Virus record (IMG/VR): IMGVR_UViG_3300030503_000465
DNA length: 53,436 nucleotides
Reading direction: 5' to 3' (one strand)
Source: a virus
Program-made: the position numbers and the translations under genes
Shown here: one piece after another, positions 17,051 to 25,201 of the stretch
How the letters are laid out: every line of letters starts with the position of its first letter
Numbering within the stretch: the stretch's first letter is position 1
The notes under the pieces: model-generated
Told to the model about the DNA's origin: nothing
What the model saw: the letters and a program-made list of their open reading frames with translations, nothing else
Database searches by the model: none

Positions 17051-17488
17051 TTAGAAAAGTATTCCATTGCGTCTAAAGGCTCCATTTTCAAAAGTCACTT
17101 CTTTTAACTTTGCCTCAATTTCTAAACGGTGAGTCTCTGTAATAAAATTACTTAGAAACTTTAAAGGCCCCAGTATCTTATTTCTTTTAACGGCTGTTTT
17201 GTTATGCAATATAGTGTAAACCTGTTTTGCCGTAAAGCCCTTATCTAAATACCCTTGTATCGCTAATTCAATAATGTGTTTTTTATCAAACCGCTGGTCA
17301 AAAGACTGTTTTATACCCCAGGGAGTTCCTTTAATTACATTTGCCAATATGTCGGAACTACGCATTTTCATCTTGCGTTTATCTTCTTTTTCATTTGGGT
17401 ATTTTAAAGGGAATTCATATTTTAAATCTTCGCAAACAAGTAGTTTCAGCGTAGATGCTGTACAAAGTGTGTTTAATAAATCTTTCAT
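17051..17488 (-). CDS. Hypothetical protein, 145 aa.
   Basis: ORF in an operon. Confidence 0.6.
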   Translation of the reverse strand: MKDLLNTLCTASTLKLLVCEDLKYEFPLKYPNEKEDKRKMKMRSSDILANVIKGTPWGIKQSFDQRFDKKHIIELAIQGYLDKGFTAKQVYTILHNKTAVKRNKILGPLKFLSNFITETHRLEIEAKLKEVTFENGAFRRNGILF

Positions 17489-17745
17489 TTTTTGGCGTTT
17501 AAATATTCGTATTGTAGTTTCTGCGCTTGTGTAAGAGGCTTCTTACTTTCTTTTTGTGATCGAATAGGAGGAGCTATATCTTGCGCTTCTACAGGATCGT
17601 CGCTTAATAGTTCAGGTGAGGTAGGAAATCTTACACCTCTTTGGTTGCGACAAATCCAAACAGTATCATGCAATTGTTTAACAACCTCAACTTCCTCTCC
17701 CTGTTGGGCATATTTACGCAAGTCAACTGCGGCGTATTTTTTCAT
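17485..17745 (-). CDS. Hypothetical protein, 86 aa.
   Basis: ORF with a 4-nt overlap with the next gene. Confidence 0.55.
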   Translation of the reverse strand: MKKYAAVDLRKYAQQGEEVEVVKQLHDTVWICRNQRGVRFPTSPELLSDDPVEAQDIAPPIRSQKESKKPLTQAQKLQYEYLNAKK

Positions 17746-17777
17746 TTTCCTTTAAATTTGTTGTAAGTTTTTGAGGG

Positions 17778-17954
17778 CTATCTATTGTTACTGCCGAAAT
17801 ATTTACGTGCAGCATCCGTAAGCCAACCTAAAATAATCTTAATACCTTCGCTGATCGTATTTACAATAACTTGCAAATCTTCATTATCAAATGTAGGAAA
17901 TTCAATCGCTTTTAGGTCTGCATATAACTTTAATAGCTTTTCTCTATCGGTCAT
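17778..17954 (-). CDS. Small hypothetical protein, 58 aa.
   Basis: ATGA overlap with the upstream stop. Confidence 0.4.
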   Translation of the reverse strand: MTDREKLLKLYADLKAIEFPTFDNEDLQVIVNTISEGIKIILGWLTDAARKYFGSNNR

Positions 17955-18472
17955 TTAATGGTGCATTTCAAGCCATCGGATTGTAATTTATTCGGGGCAT
18001 AAATAGTCGACACCTCGCCGCTATCTTCATCAACAACGGTTAGTTTACCTTTAATGGCTTTTAGAAATTCCTGCCGTTCTTTCAGGTCTGCATCTGCTTT
18101 TTCGGATGTTAAAAGTAATTGATCGTACACACCGTCCTTGCAAACGCTATAATCATAAGTCGTTTTAGTAGGTGCCTGGCCTATCGTAACATCATGCAGA
18201 GTATAACCCTTTTCAATTTTGTTGAGATAATCGCTTTCTGCAAGAGGTCTTAAAGCCTTTTCAAGGTCGGTAAAAAGCAATTTGCCTTTTAAAGCTAAAA
18301 TAAGCCCTTTTAAGCTATCGTAATTTCCTGCCGATACTTCATTGTTTATAGCCTCGATTGCGTTATTAATATTGCTCTTTTTGGCATCTATTAAATGCTC
18401 AAAGCTAATGCCTTGTTGCAACTGCGAGTCTTCTTCCAGCAGTTGCATAAATTGTTCTTTTGAGGCACCCAT
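17951..18472 (-). CDS. Hypothetical protein, 173 aa.
   Basis: ATG at 18472 in a TAATG overlap with the bet stop. The ORF-track start is 6 codons further upstream. Confidence 0.6.
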   Translation of the reverse strand: MGASKEQFMQLLEEDSQLQQGISFEHLIDAKKSNINNAIEAINNEVSAGNYDSLKGLILALKGKLLFTDLEKALRPLAESDYLNKIEKGYTLHDVTIGQAPTKTTYDYSVCKDGVYDQLLLTSEKADADLKERQEFLKAIKGKLTVVDEDSGEVSTIYAPNKLQSDGLKCTIK

Positions 18473-19191
18473 TACGCAACCTCCTCGCAAGCCATATCTA
18501 AGGCTTTTTTAACTTCTTCATTATCGAAAGTCCACCCAGCGCCGTTTGCGGTAGTTTCAACTTCTTCCATAGTTTTGCCATTACGTAGTGCTTTTACAGC
18601 ACTGGTAAAAACCTTGCTTCCAATAACTACGGATGCGAGTTTTATTACAGTATGTGGCACATCTTCCGTAATAGGCTCATTTTGGATTTCATCAGAAGTA
18701 TAAGGCATACCAGCTAATTCATCCGAAAAACATAAACGAAATGCTTGTGATATAGCCACTTTTTTAGTCATAAATGACGCTTTCTCCCAAAACTTAGTAA
18801 CTTTTCCCTCACGGGTTCTTTGCACACATTCATCATATAAGGCTTCCCAAACAAACGGATGTTCCTGGTCTTTGCGATAAATAGTAACGGTTGCCTTTAG
18901 GTCGTTTGAAGCAACGCTTCCTGATGTTACGGCATTCCATCCGTTTAACTGGCCGGTACGCTCTGCCCGTTTGATGTAAACCTCATAACCTGTAATAATG
19001 CTCATCTGATCGCCGTACTTTGAAACATGGATTTCACGCTTAAACGGGTTTAAACCGAACGCTTTGGCAATTGACAGGTAGGCAGTTTTTTCAGCATCGT
19101 TTAATTTAGCTGTTAAGCCCAATGTATCTAAGTAGCTGATTAACTCTTTGTCGCCGGGGGCTTGATTTGTTTTTTGGATTTCTGTACTCAT
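18472..19191 (-). CDS. bet: Red-beta/Bet family single-strand annealing protein.
   Basis: FGLNPFKREIHV, IYRKDQEHP, YDEC and AISQAFRLCF line up with lambda Bet (YGLNPWTKEIY, IYRKDRNHP, MDEC, MIQCARLAF). Confidence 0.8.
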   Translation of the reverse strand: MSTEIQKTNQAPGDKELISYLDTLGLTAKLNDAEKTAYLSIAKAFGLNPFKREIHVSKYGDQMSIITGYEVYIKRAERTGQLNGWNAVTSGSVASNDLKATVTIYRKDQEHPFVWEALYDECVQRTREGKVTKFWEKASFMTKKVAISQAFRLCFSDELAGMPYTSDEIQNEPITEDVPHTVIKLASVVIGSKVFTSAVKALRNGKTMEEVETTANGAGWTFDNEEVKKALDMACEEVA

Positions 19192-19268
19192 GATATTTAT
19201 TTTTTTTGTTTTTATGTAGGCTTAATTGCCTCGGTTGTTAAATTTTTACCCTTTCTTTTGAATTTTAT

Positions 19269-19448
19269 TTACCTTACAAACTTCCCGAATGTTGACCAGT
19301 TCTCGATATGCCTGACAACAGGGTTGAATTTAGGAGTCTCGACTAACTTTTCACCGAATTTCGGCACGTTAAGTTTACGTGGTACAAATACGCCGTGCCC
19401 ATCGGGTATTACGGTTGTTTGGGATTTGATTTGGCGGGGTGGTTTCAT
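19269..19448 (-). CDS. Small basic hypothetical protein, 59 aa.
   Basis: ATGA overlap with the YopX stop. Confidence 0.4.
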   Translation of the reverse strand: MKPPRQIKSQTTVIPDGHGVFVPRKLNVPKFGEKLVETPKFNPVVRHIENWSTFGKFVR

Positions 19449-19870
19449 AGCAATTCAGGGTTTTGGTAGATGTTGCCGATAACTTCAGCAAAAGCATATC
19501 CATAAGTATTTAATTTGTAAACTCCTGTTTCTGATTTAAAACAAGCCCAATCCCTATCCCACTCGACAACATATTTTATTTTTACAGAAGTTAACAGTAT
19601 ATCCCCCTCATAAATCTCAACTCCGTTTTTATCCCTTAAGCCAGTGAATTGCAATTTGTCAGAGTAAGAAAAGTCATTATACATGTCTCCGCAATTGCAC
19701 TCAATAGTGTTGGTTTCACCTATTAGTTGACAATTGCACTCCTCAAGTTCCTCCCAAATATCATCTATAGATTTTACCAGTAGTTTTTCGAAATCATACG
19801 GTTTGCTCAAAACAACAGCGCCGAGATCGTTTCTAAATAAGAACTTGAATTTTATCTCTCTATTTTTCAT
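19445..19870 (-). CDS. YopX family protein.
   Basis: FTGLRDKNGVEIYEGDIL and the C-terminal VIGNIYQNPELL. Confidence 0.85.
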   Translation of the reverse strand: MKNREIKFKFLFRNDLGAVVLSKPYDFEKLLVKSIDDIWEELEECNCQLIGETNTIECNCGDMYNDFSYSDKLQFTGLRDKNGVEIYEGDILLTSVKIKYVVEWDRDWACFKSETGVYKLNTYGYAFAEVIGNIYQNPELL

Positions 19871-19948
19871 ATCTTTTCTTACCTATAAAACCCATGCATT
19901 TGATTTTCGCCATTGGTGTTTTCGTACACCTCAAACCTATCCCCAACC

Positions 19949-20179
19949 TTAAGCATGATTAAACCTCCCCACTTTATTTGCCCTTATATCGGCAGCGTAT
20001 TCCAGCATTTCATTATAAAGCATATTATCATGTAATTCCGATAACAGGTCAGGTGCAATAGCATCGCCTGTATGCACATCTGTCATCTTAAGGATAACTG
20101 CCTCGCCGTGCTGAATCTCAAAGTCTACTATAACTTCGGTATCAGTCTCGTTAATTTCGATAGTAGTGTAAAGTTTCAT
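19949..20179 (-). CDS. Hypothetical protein, 76 aa; first gene of the leftward operon.
   Basis: ORF 20 nt downstream of a perfect -7 box. Confidence 0.55.
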   Translation of the reverse strand: MKLYTTIEINETDTEVIVDFEIQHGEAVILKMTDVHTGDAIAPDLLSELHDNMLYNEMLEYAADIRANKVGRFNHA

Positions 20180-20199
20180 CTTTTTTGTTTTTGGTTAGG

Positions 20200-20235
20200 C
20201 AAATATAATGATATGTTTTGGAATTGCAAGAACTA
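20200..20235 (-). promoter_or_regulatory. Leftward promoter: TAGTTCTTG - N19 - TATATTTG on the minus strand.
   Basis: The -33-like element is at 20235..20227 and the -7 box at 20207..20200. The architecture matches 20283 and 32334. Confidence 0.55.
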
Positions 20236-20282
20236 TTTTAATAATTATTTAGTAAATAGTATAAATCTACTTAATTTTAATT

Positions 20283-20328
20283 TAGTTCTTGTTTTATAAT
20301 TATATAGTTTGTATGTTTGCGGTGTCGA
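20283..20328 (+). promoter_or_regulatory. Rightward promoter: TAGTTCTTG - N20 - TATGTTTG - N2 - GTGTCGA.
   Basis: Read directly. It lies back-to-back with the leftward promoter. Confidence 0.55.
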
Positions 20329-20343
20329 TGATGACAATTAAAA

Positions 20344-21159
20344 ATGTTCAACAAAATTAAAAAGCAAAAAGCACAACTAAAAAACTACAAAGTTGCTACT
20401 GGAAAAGTATTAATAATGCGTTCCTGTGATGAAAATTTAAAATCATATGGCGGTTTCCAATGGCCTGATAGTGGCATTTGCATTGCGCCAGATTTTAAAG
20501 AAACTAAATTATGCGGTAATGGTTTACACGGGTTCTTAAAAGGTGAGGGAGATGGCTCATTGGGCAATTTCGATATATCGGCTAAATGGCTTATATGCGA
20601 GGTTGATGAAAGTCAAATAATAGACCTCGTAGGAAAGGTTAAATTTAAAAAATGTGAAGTTATATTTTGCGGTTGTTTAAAAGATGCCGCCAATATAATA
20701 GCTACCATTTACCCTAATTTAAAAACAATAGGCGGTACAGCAACTGCGGGTTACAGCGGTACAGCAACTGCGGGTGACAGCGGTACAGCAACTGCGGGTT
20801 ACAGCGGTACAGCAACTGCGGGTTACAGCGGTACAGCAACTGCGGGTGACAGAGGTACAGCAACTGCGGGTGACAGCGGTACAGCAACTGCGGGTGACAG
20901 CGGTACAGCAACTGCGGGTGACAGAGGTACAGCAACTGCGGGTGACAGCGGTACAGCAACTGCGGGTTACAGCGGTACAGCAACTGCGGGTGACAGAGGT
21001 ACAGCAACTGCGGGTTACAGCGGTGTTTTGATTATTGAATACTACGATAATATTGCATGTGTTTACAAAAAGAAAGTTGCCTTAATCGGTGAAAATGGCA
21101 TTAAAGCAAATATAAAATATAAACTTAATTCAAAAAATGAATTTGAAGAAATTGTATAG
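20344..21159 (+). CDS. Repeat protein: a Cys-containing N-terminal domain followed by 12 GTATAG(Y/D)(S/R) octapeptides that resemble ice-nucleation protein repeats.
   Basis: The translation shows 12 consecutive octapeptides. The 16-mer AGYSGTATAGDSGTAT resembles the INP repeat AGYGSTxTAGxxSxxT. Confidence 0.7.
   Translation: MFNKIKKQKAQLKNYKVATGKVLIMRSCDENLKSYGGFQWPDSGICIAPDFKETKLCGNGLHGFLKGEGDGSLGNFDISAKWLICEVDESQIIDLVGKVKFKKCEVIFCGCLKDAANIIATIYPNLKTIGGTATAGYSGTATAGDSGTATAGYSGTATAGYSGTATAGDRGTATAGDSGTATAGDSGTATAGDRGTATAGDSGTATAGYSGTATAGDRGTATAGYSGVLIIEYYDNIACVYKKKVALIGENGIKANIKYKLNSKNEFEEIV
20734..21021 (+). repeat. 12 x 24-bp tandem repeat GGTACAGCAACTGCGGGT(T/G)ACAG(C/A).
   Basis: Only two polymorphic positions per unit. 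Confidence 0.95.
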
Positions 21160-21229
21160 TTTCTGAACATTCTATATTAATCTGTTATTGGCGGCTTAGG
21201 TCGCCTTTGGCAGTAAAGACATATTAATT

Positions 21230-21427
21230 ATGGCAAAACTAAAATTACGCAAAAATACAAAGTACCCGTTTAAGCATTTGGATAAAATCGGGGAAAGTTT
21301 TACACTTACCAATTGCATTAAAAAAAATGTAACCGCTGCTTATGCAATGTACAAGGCTAAAAATAATATAGTCTGTACCGTAACCGAATTTGAAAACGGA
21401 AAGATAATCGTACTTAGAACCGCCTAA
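21230..21427 (+). CDS. Hypothetical protein, 65 aa.
   Basis: ORF. Confidence 0.55.
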   Translation: MAKLKLRKNTKYPFKHLDKIGESFTLTNCIKKNVTAAYAMYKAKNNIVCTVTEFENGKIIVLRTA

Positions 21428-21552
21428 TGAACCGCAAGCGAAATAACATCATGCGTAAGCGCCAGGAACAGCGTGTAAAAGCTGCCGGATGGTGGGCTTT
21501 CATAGCGTGGATTTCTGAACCGGATAAATTCTTAAAAATTAATAGAAAATGA
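21427..21552 (+). CDS. Small basic hypothetical protein, 41 aa.
   Basis: TAATG and ATGA overlaps with both neighbours. Confidence 0.35.
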   Translation: MNRKRNNIMRKRQEQRVKAAGWWAFIAWISEPDKFLKINRK

Positions 21553-21770
21553 AAAACCGGAATACATTTAATGATGAATGTACGCGATGCGGCGGTGGCG
21601 ATATTCGTGTACTTACCGATACTAAAGAAGATGGATATGCCCATGATGGTGATGAGGCCGAATGTTTGGAATGTGGGCTAAAAGGAATGGTTTGCGTCGA
21701 CGGTGATGAAAATGGTGAAGGCGAATGTACCTCGCATATTTCATGGGATGATTACGAAGAAGAAGATTAA
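21549..21770 (+). CDS. Highly acidic zinc-ribbon-like protein, 73 aa.
   Basis: CTRC...CLEC pairs, a very high Asp/Glu content, and a C-terminal DDYEEED. Confidence 0.55.
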   Translation: MKNRNTFNDECTRCGGGDIRVLTDTKEDGYAHDGDEAECLECGLKGMVCVDGDENGEGECTSHISWDDYEEED

Positions 21771-21774
21771 TATT

Positions 21775-21861
21775 ATGAAAAGATTATTTTACTGGACACT
21801 CGTTTTTATTATCGCCATGGTATTTTGGCTTGGCGTTTACTTTATAATAACGAAAATATGA
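21775..21861 (+). CDS. Tiny membrane peptide, 28 aa.
   Basis: MKRLFYWTLVFIIAMVFWLGVYFIITKI. Overlaps the next ATG. Confidence 0.3.
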   Translation: MKRLFYWTLVFIIAMVFWLGVYFIITKI

Positions 21862-21983
21862 ACTGGCTGAAAAAACTATTTACCAAAAAGCCTCATAAAT
21901 GTCTTTACACCTATAAGGGAAAGGATATAAATAACCAATTTTGCATTAAATGCGGGAAAATTAAAAATGAAAAAACTTACTAA
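21858..21983 (+). CDS. Small hypothetical protein, 41 aa.
   Basis: Contains C...CIKC. Overlapping start and stop. Confidence 0.3.
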   Translation: MNWLKKLFTKKPHKCLYTYKGKDINNQFCIKCGKIKNEKTY

Positions 21984-22056
21984 ACCACAATGGGTGCTGG
22001 TCGTGGTGATCATTGCCCTTCTTTTCAAAGCTTATTTACAATCAAAAACCATATAA
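21967..22056 (+). CDS. Tiny membrane peptide, 29 aa.
   Basis: MKKLTKPQWVLVVVIIALLFKAYLQSKTI. Confidence 0.3.
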   Translation: MKKLTKPQWVLVVVIIALLFKAYLQSKTI

Positions 22057-22058
22057 TC

Positions 22059-22268
22059 ATGAAAAATTACACATTAGAGGAAACTCTTAAATTTAAAGCC
22101 AATCGGAACAATAAAAGCCGATTTGATAAACTTATCAGGAAGGGACATTACAGGATAAGGGGAGATGGTCGTTATGAGCATTCTATCACGAGAAAAGTAT
22201 TCAACTTTTTTTCAGCAAACAGAACCATGGTAATCGCACCATTATCTTTTCAACCAAAAAACCAATAA
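22059..22268 (+). CDS. Hypothetical basic protein, 69 aa.
   Basis: ATG at 22059. The ORF-track start would overlap the preceding peptide. Confidence 0.5.
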   Translation: MKNYTLEETLKFKANRNNKSRFDKLIRKGHYRIRGDGRYEHSITRKVFNFFSANRTMVIAPLSFQPKNQ

Positions 22269-22270
22269 CC

Positions 22271-22675
22271 ATGTACAATTTTAACAACGAAAAATTCCAC
22301 TGGACAAATTACTTAATTATCCCGTTAATCATTGCAGCTATGTTTTCACCTTTGGCTGGTGGGGCGCAACAACCAAAGCCAACAAAAGATACCGTCGCGC
22401 TATATGATGATTCTGTGGCTCATGTAGCCCCTACACTTATAGGCCACCAAAGCTTCTTACGTCCAAAGAAGGATACTACCCAATGCTATTTTCAAATAAT
22501 AAAAGGCGTTGTAAACGGTCAGCTAATGGGCGAATGGTTTGACGGCTGGGTAATAAAACCGAAAGGAGATCAATTTATTTTTTCCACAGATGATGCCGAT
22601 GAAAAGTACTATGAGCCTATTTATTTGTATCACAACAAAAAAGTAGTAACAGCTAAAGTTATTAACCACTATTAA
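22271..22675 (+). CDS. Hypothetical secreted or membrane protein.
   Basis: N-terminal hydrophobic segment ending in AGGAQQ. Confidence 0.55.
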   Translation: MYNFNNEKFHWTNYLIIPLIIAAMFSPLAGGAQQPKPTKDTVALYDDSVAHVAPTLIGHQSFLRPKKDTTQCYFQIIKGVVNGQLMGEWFDGWVIKPKGDQFIFSTDDADEKYYEPIYLYHNKKVVTAKVINHY

Positions 22676-22930
22676 ATGAAACACCTCACCATAACCGCCA
22701 TCCTCGTAGCAGCTACGTGTACGGCATTTTGTCAAACCCTCCCCAAAACCGTCAAACTCACCCTAACCGATAAACAGGTGATGCGTATCGATTCAGCCAT
22801 TAACTACATGGCAAACAGTACAGACAGCAAAGCCGCGACTAAATGGCTTATGGGTGCTTTTGAGCCCTTTTACGTGCAAGTTAGGGCGCAGTTGGATACG
22901 GTGAAGAAAATACCTGTAAAAACGAAATAA
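22676..22930 (+). CDS. Hypothetical secreted protein, 84 aa.
   Basis: Signal peptide MKHLTITAILVAATCTAFCQT. Confidence 0.55.
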   Translation: MKHLTITAILVAATCTAFCQTLPKTVKLTLTDKQVMRIDSAINYMANSTDSKAATKWLMGAFEPFYVQVRAQLDTVKKIPVKTK

Positions 22931-22934
22931 TAAT

Positions 22935-23192
22935 ATGGCAGAAATAATAATCGAGGGTCACAAGATTGACACTAAAGACATTTGGGATGTTCAATACAAT
23001 TCAGATTCTTGGCGCGTTGATGTTACAATAAAAATTACAGGCAAGCCTAATATTATTATAGGCAGAAAAGTTCCGTGGGAATGCTCGCGCATGACAATGG
23101 AAGGTATTGTTTCCCCTTATAAAAAGCTTTATGAATCGATTAAGCAAAAATGGGAAGCAGATAAATCGGATTTACCTGTATTTAAACTTTAA
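22935..23192 (+). CDS. Hypothetical protein, 85 aa.
   Basis: ORF. Confidence 0.55.
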   Translation: MAEIIIEGHKIDTKDIWDVQYNSDSWRVDVTIKITGKPNIIIGRKVPWECSRMTMEGIVSPYKKLYESIKQKWEADKSDLPVFKL

Positions 23193-23230
23193 ATCACTAA
23201 TTTTACATACACTTAAAAACAAAAACAATC

Positions 23231-23740
23231 ATGGCTAACATTTTTCAAACAATCGAAAACACCATCGCGGGTTGGTTCTCAAAAGCACCACAGGAAGTGC
23301 AGGACGTGTTGACCGCAACCAACAAGTTCCTTAACACCGTAAAAGTCCTTTCTACGAGCGCAACCGGACAAACCATTATCGACTTAGCCGAAGCGTTCTT
23401 TCCTGCCGCTACTGGCATCGTAAGCGGTGCAGAAACGATACTTAGCGACCTGTTAGGCATAACATCGGAAAACCCAGGGCAATTGCTATTACAGGCCGCG
23501 CAAAAAGCCGCATCGTTAACAGGAGCAGCACAGGTAGCAGCTTATAGCAATCTCGCGACAGCCGTAGCCAGCGCAGCCAATATGGCAACGGGTGGAACGC
23601 TTACCCCGCAGCAAATAGTATCAGTTCAGCAATTAGTACACAATCCGAGCGTGTTGTCAACACCAACTGCTGTTACCCCTGCGCAAAATGTAGGTCAAGG
23701 AAATGCATCTACCATCCCAAACGCACAAGTGAACCAATAA
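23231..23740 (+). CDS. Hypothetical Ala/Thr/Gln-rich protein, 169 aa.
   Basis: ORF followed by a terminator. Confidence 0.6.
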   Translation: MANIFQTIENTIAGWFSKAPQEVQDVLTATNKFLNTVKVLSTSATGQTIIDLAEAFFPAATGIVSGAETILSDLLGITSENPGQLLLQAAQKAASLTGAAQVAAYSNLATAVASAANMATGGTLTPQQIVSVQQLVHNPSVLSTPTAVTPAQNVGQGNASTIPNAQVNQ

Positions 23741-23773
23741 AACGTTGGTTCGAGTTTTGGAAATAGATTTTAA

Positions 23774-23800
23774 GCCGTTACGAAAGTAGCGGCTTTTTTT
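23774..23800 (+). terminator. Intrinsic terminator.
   Basis: GCCGTTAC-GAAA-GTAGCGGC followed by T7. Confidence 0.75.
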
Positions 23801-23817
23801 ATTGAACAGGATTTTAA

Positions 23818-24117
23818 TTAACTTTTATCGACTGCAACGCCGAACATCTTAGAAATGCCTTTTACTACGGGTGTAAGAAAAAGGGTAATGAAATAAACGA
23901 TATGTTCTGTAACTTCTTTGGGGAAAATATCATCTGCAATAATCCATGCTACAAGGGCGGTTGAAACGATTAAATAAAGGTCAAACATGGCTGATGCCCA
24001 TTTCGGGGTAGGCAAACTAACCGAAGAAAAGCCAAATGTTGTTGTACTGGGAGTCACTTTATTTGCATCCGTTTGGTTTGCTGGTTCTGTGCCTGGGGTT
24101 GGGGTTTGATCTGCCAT
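23818..24117 (-). CDS. Holin-like membrane protein, 99 aa.
   Basis: Two hydrophobic helices (MFDLYLIVSTALVAWIIA and HIVYFITLFLTPVV), in the same cluster as the endolysin. ATG at 24117. Confidence 0.45.
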   Translation of the reverse strand: MADQTPTPGTEPANQTDANKVTPSTTTFGFSSVSLPTPKWASAMFDLYLIVSTALVAWIIADDIFPKEVTEHIVYFITLFLTPVVKGISKMFGVAVDKS

Positions 24118-24120
24118 GTT

Positions 24121-24128
24121 CAAATATA
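24121..24128 (-). promoter_or_regulatory. -7 box TATATTTG on the minus strand, 3 nt before ATG 24117.
   Basis: The minus strand reads TATATTTGAACATG. Confidence 0.45.
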
Positions 24129-24246
24129 ATAATTATTTATAAGAATTATATTTCCTTTCCCACAACAACCAATAGATATAGCTCTTTCGGCGGCGGAGTT
24201 TATCGAGGCGGCGGTATTGAAGATAATAGTTCATGTTGTAAATACA

Positions 24247-24276
24247 GCCCCGTTCCTAACAGTTCGGGGCTTTTTT
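24247..24276 (+). terminator. Hairpin GCCCCG/CGGGGC with an A-run before it and T6 after it. Plus-oriented or bidirectional terminator.
   Basis: Read directly. It lies just beyond the 3' end of the HNH gene. Confidence 0.5.
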
Positions 24277-24310
24277 ATTCCGAATACCAAATAAGGGTAG
24301 CCAAAAAAAG

Positions 24311-24841
24311 CTAATCGGTCTTGTATCGCTTATAACTAGCATTGGTTAAAATACCCTGAATAATTCCGTCTGTTATGCCGTATTTCTGTATTAGTTTCGA
24401 CCTTTTTTCCCCATTTTTATAAAGCAACCTTATATTTTCTGCATCTTTAAATGTAATTCGTCTTTTTCTAAGTCCAGTTGAAAATGCGTGTTGACAATTA
24501 TCCTGAAAGGAACACCACTCTATATTTTCAATAGAATTATTTAATTTATCTCCATTGATATGGTTAATGCATGGATAGTTTTTTGGGTTTGGAATAAAAT
24601 GTTGACCTATAATTCGATGCAAATAAGTTGTAGAAGACCTATTTCCATTTTTTAAATAAACAACTGTATAGCCTATTTTGATTACCGATTGTGTTATTAT
24701 TTTAGCTTTATGAGTCCTAAGACCATTTAGGTATTTACACTTTATTTCCTTTGATTTTATAATAGCGGATTTTCCATCGTAAAATATAGAATACCTATCT
24801 TCATATCCAATTAAAGGAACCCATTCATTTAAATTATTCAT
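24311..24841 (-). CDS. HNH homing endonuclease (NUMOD4 + HNH_3 + C-terminal helix-turn-helix).
   Basis: EWVPLIGYEDRYSIFYDGK is the NUMOD4 part. HRIIGQHFIPNP...INHINGDKLNNSIENIEW is the HNH part. Confidence 0.85.
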   Translation of the reverse strand: MNNLNEWVPLIGYEDRYSIFYDGKSAIIKSKEIKCKYLNGLRTHKAKIITQSVIKIGYTVVYLKNGNRSSTTYLHRIIGQHFIPNPKNYPCINHINGDKLNNSIENIEWCSFQDNCQHAFSTGLRKRRITFKDAENIRLLYKNGEKRSKLIQKYGITDGIIQGILTNASYKRYKTD

Positions 24842-24955
24842 AAAAAATAAAAATCCTTATACGGGATCAAGTCTGCCAACCATCACCCATACAAGGATTA
24901 AAAGTGTTTTTATCAATCGTGGCAGCGACCGTTTATTATACTAAGATAAGCAAAA

Positions 24956-25201
24956 TTAATCAGGATACCAAATTAAGGTATTTAATACACTATCTATTAT
25001 TTCGGTATTTAAATCAACTTGACCATCTCCATAAACATATGAATAGTTTTGGCTTTTATCGAAATGAACATTATAGTAATTACCAGATACGAATCCATAA
25101 TCTTGTGCCGTAACTGTGGCTTTTATTTTACCGCTTTGCACCTGTGACAATGGTACGGTCGTGCCGGTTGATGTTAGGATTGGGCGGTTATCCTGTGACA
25201 T
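24956..25201 (-). CDS. Hypothetical protein, 81 aa.
   Basis: ORF overlapping the end of the endolysin gene. Confidence 0.5.
   Translation of the reverse strand: MSQDNRPILTSTGTTVPLSQVQSGKIKATVTAQDYGFVSGNYYNVHFDKSQNYSYVYGDGQVDLNTEIIDSVLNTLIWYPD

Noticed and set aside
20734-21021. Possible CRISPR arrays at the 24-bp (20734..21021) and 9-bp (27356..27796) repeats.
   Set aside because: The units are directly tandem with no spacers, and they lie inside ORFs. No cas genes are present.
20714-21031. ORFs 20714..21007 (minus) and 20774..21031 (plus) inside the 24-bp repeat.
   Set aside because: They are frame artefacts of the tandem repeat. They consist only of repeat translation and have no flanking coding context.
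24036-24314. Plus-strand ORF, 92 aa, spanning the holin-like gene's 5' end and the intergenic hairpin.
   Set aside because: It runs antisense through a gene start, a promoter box and a terminator hairpin, so it is unlikely to be coding.
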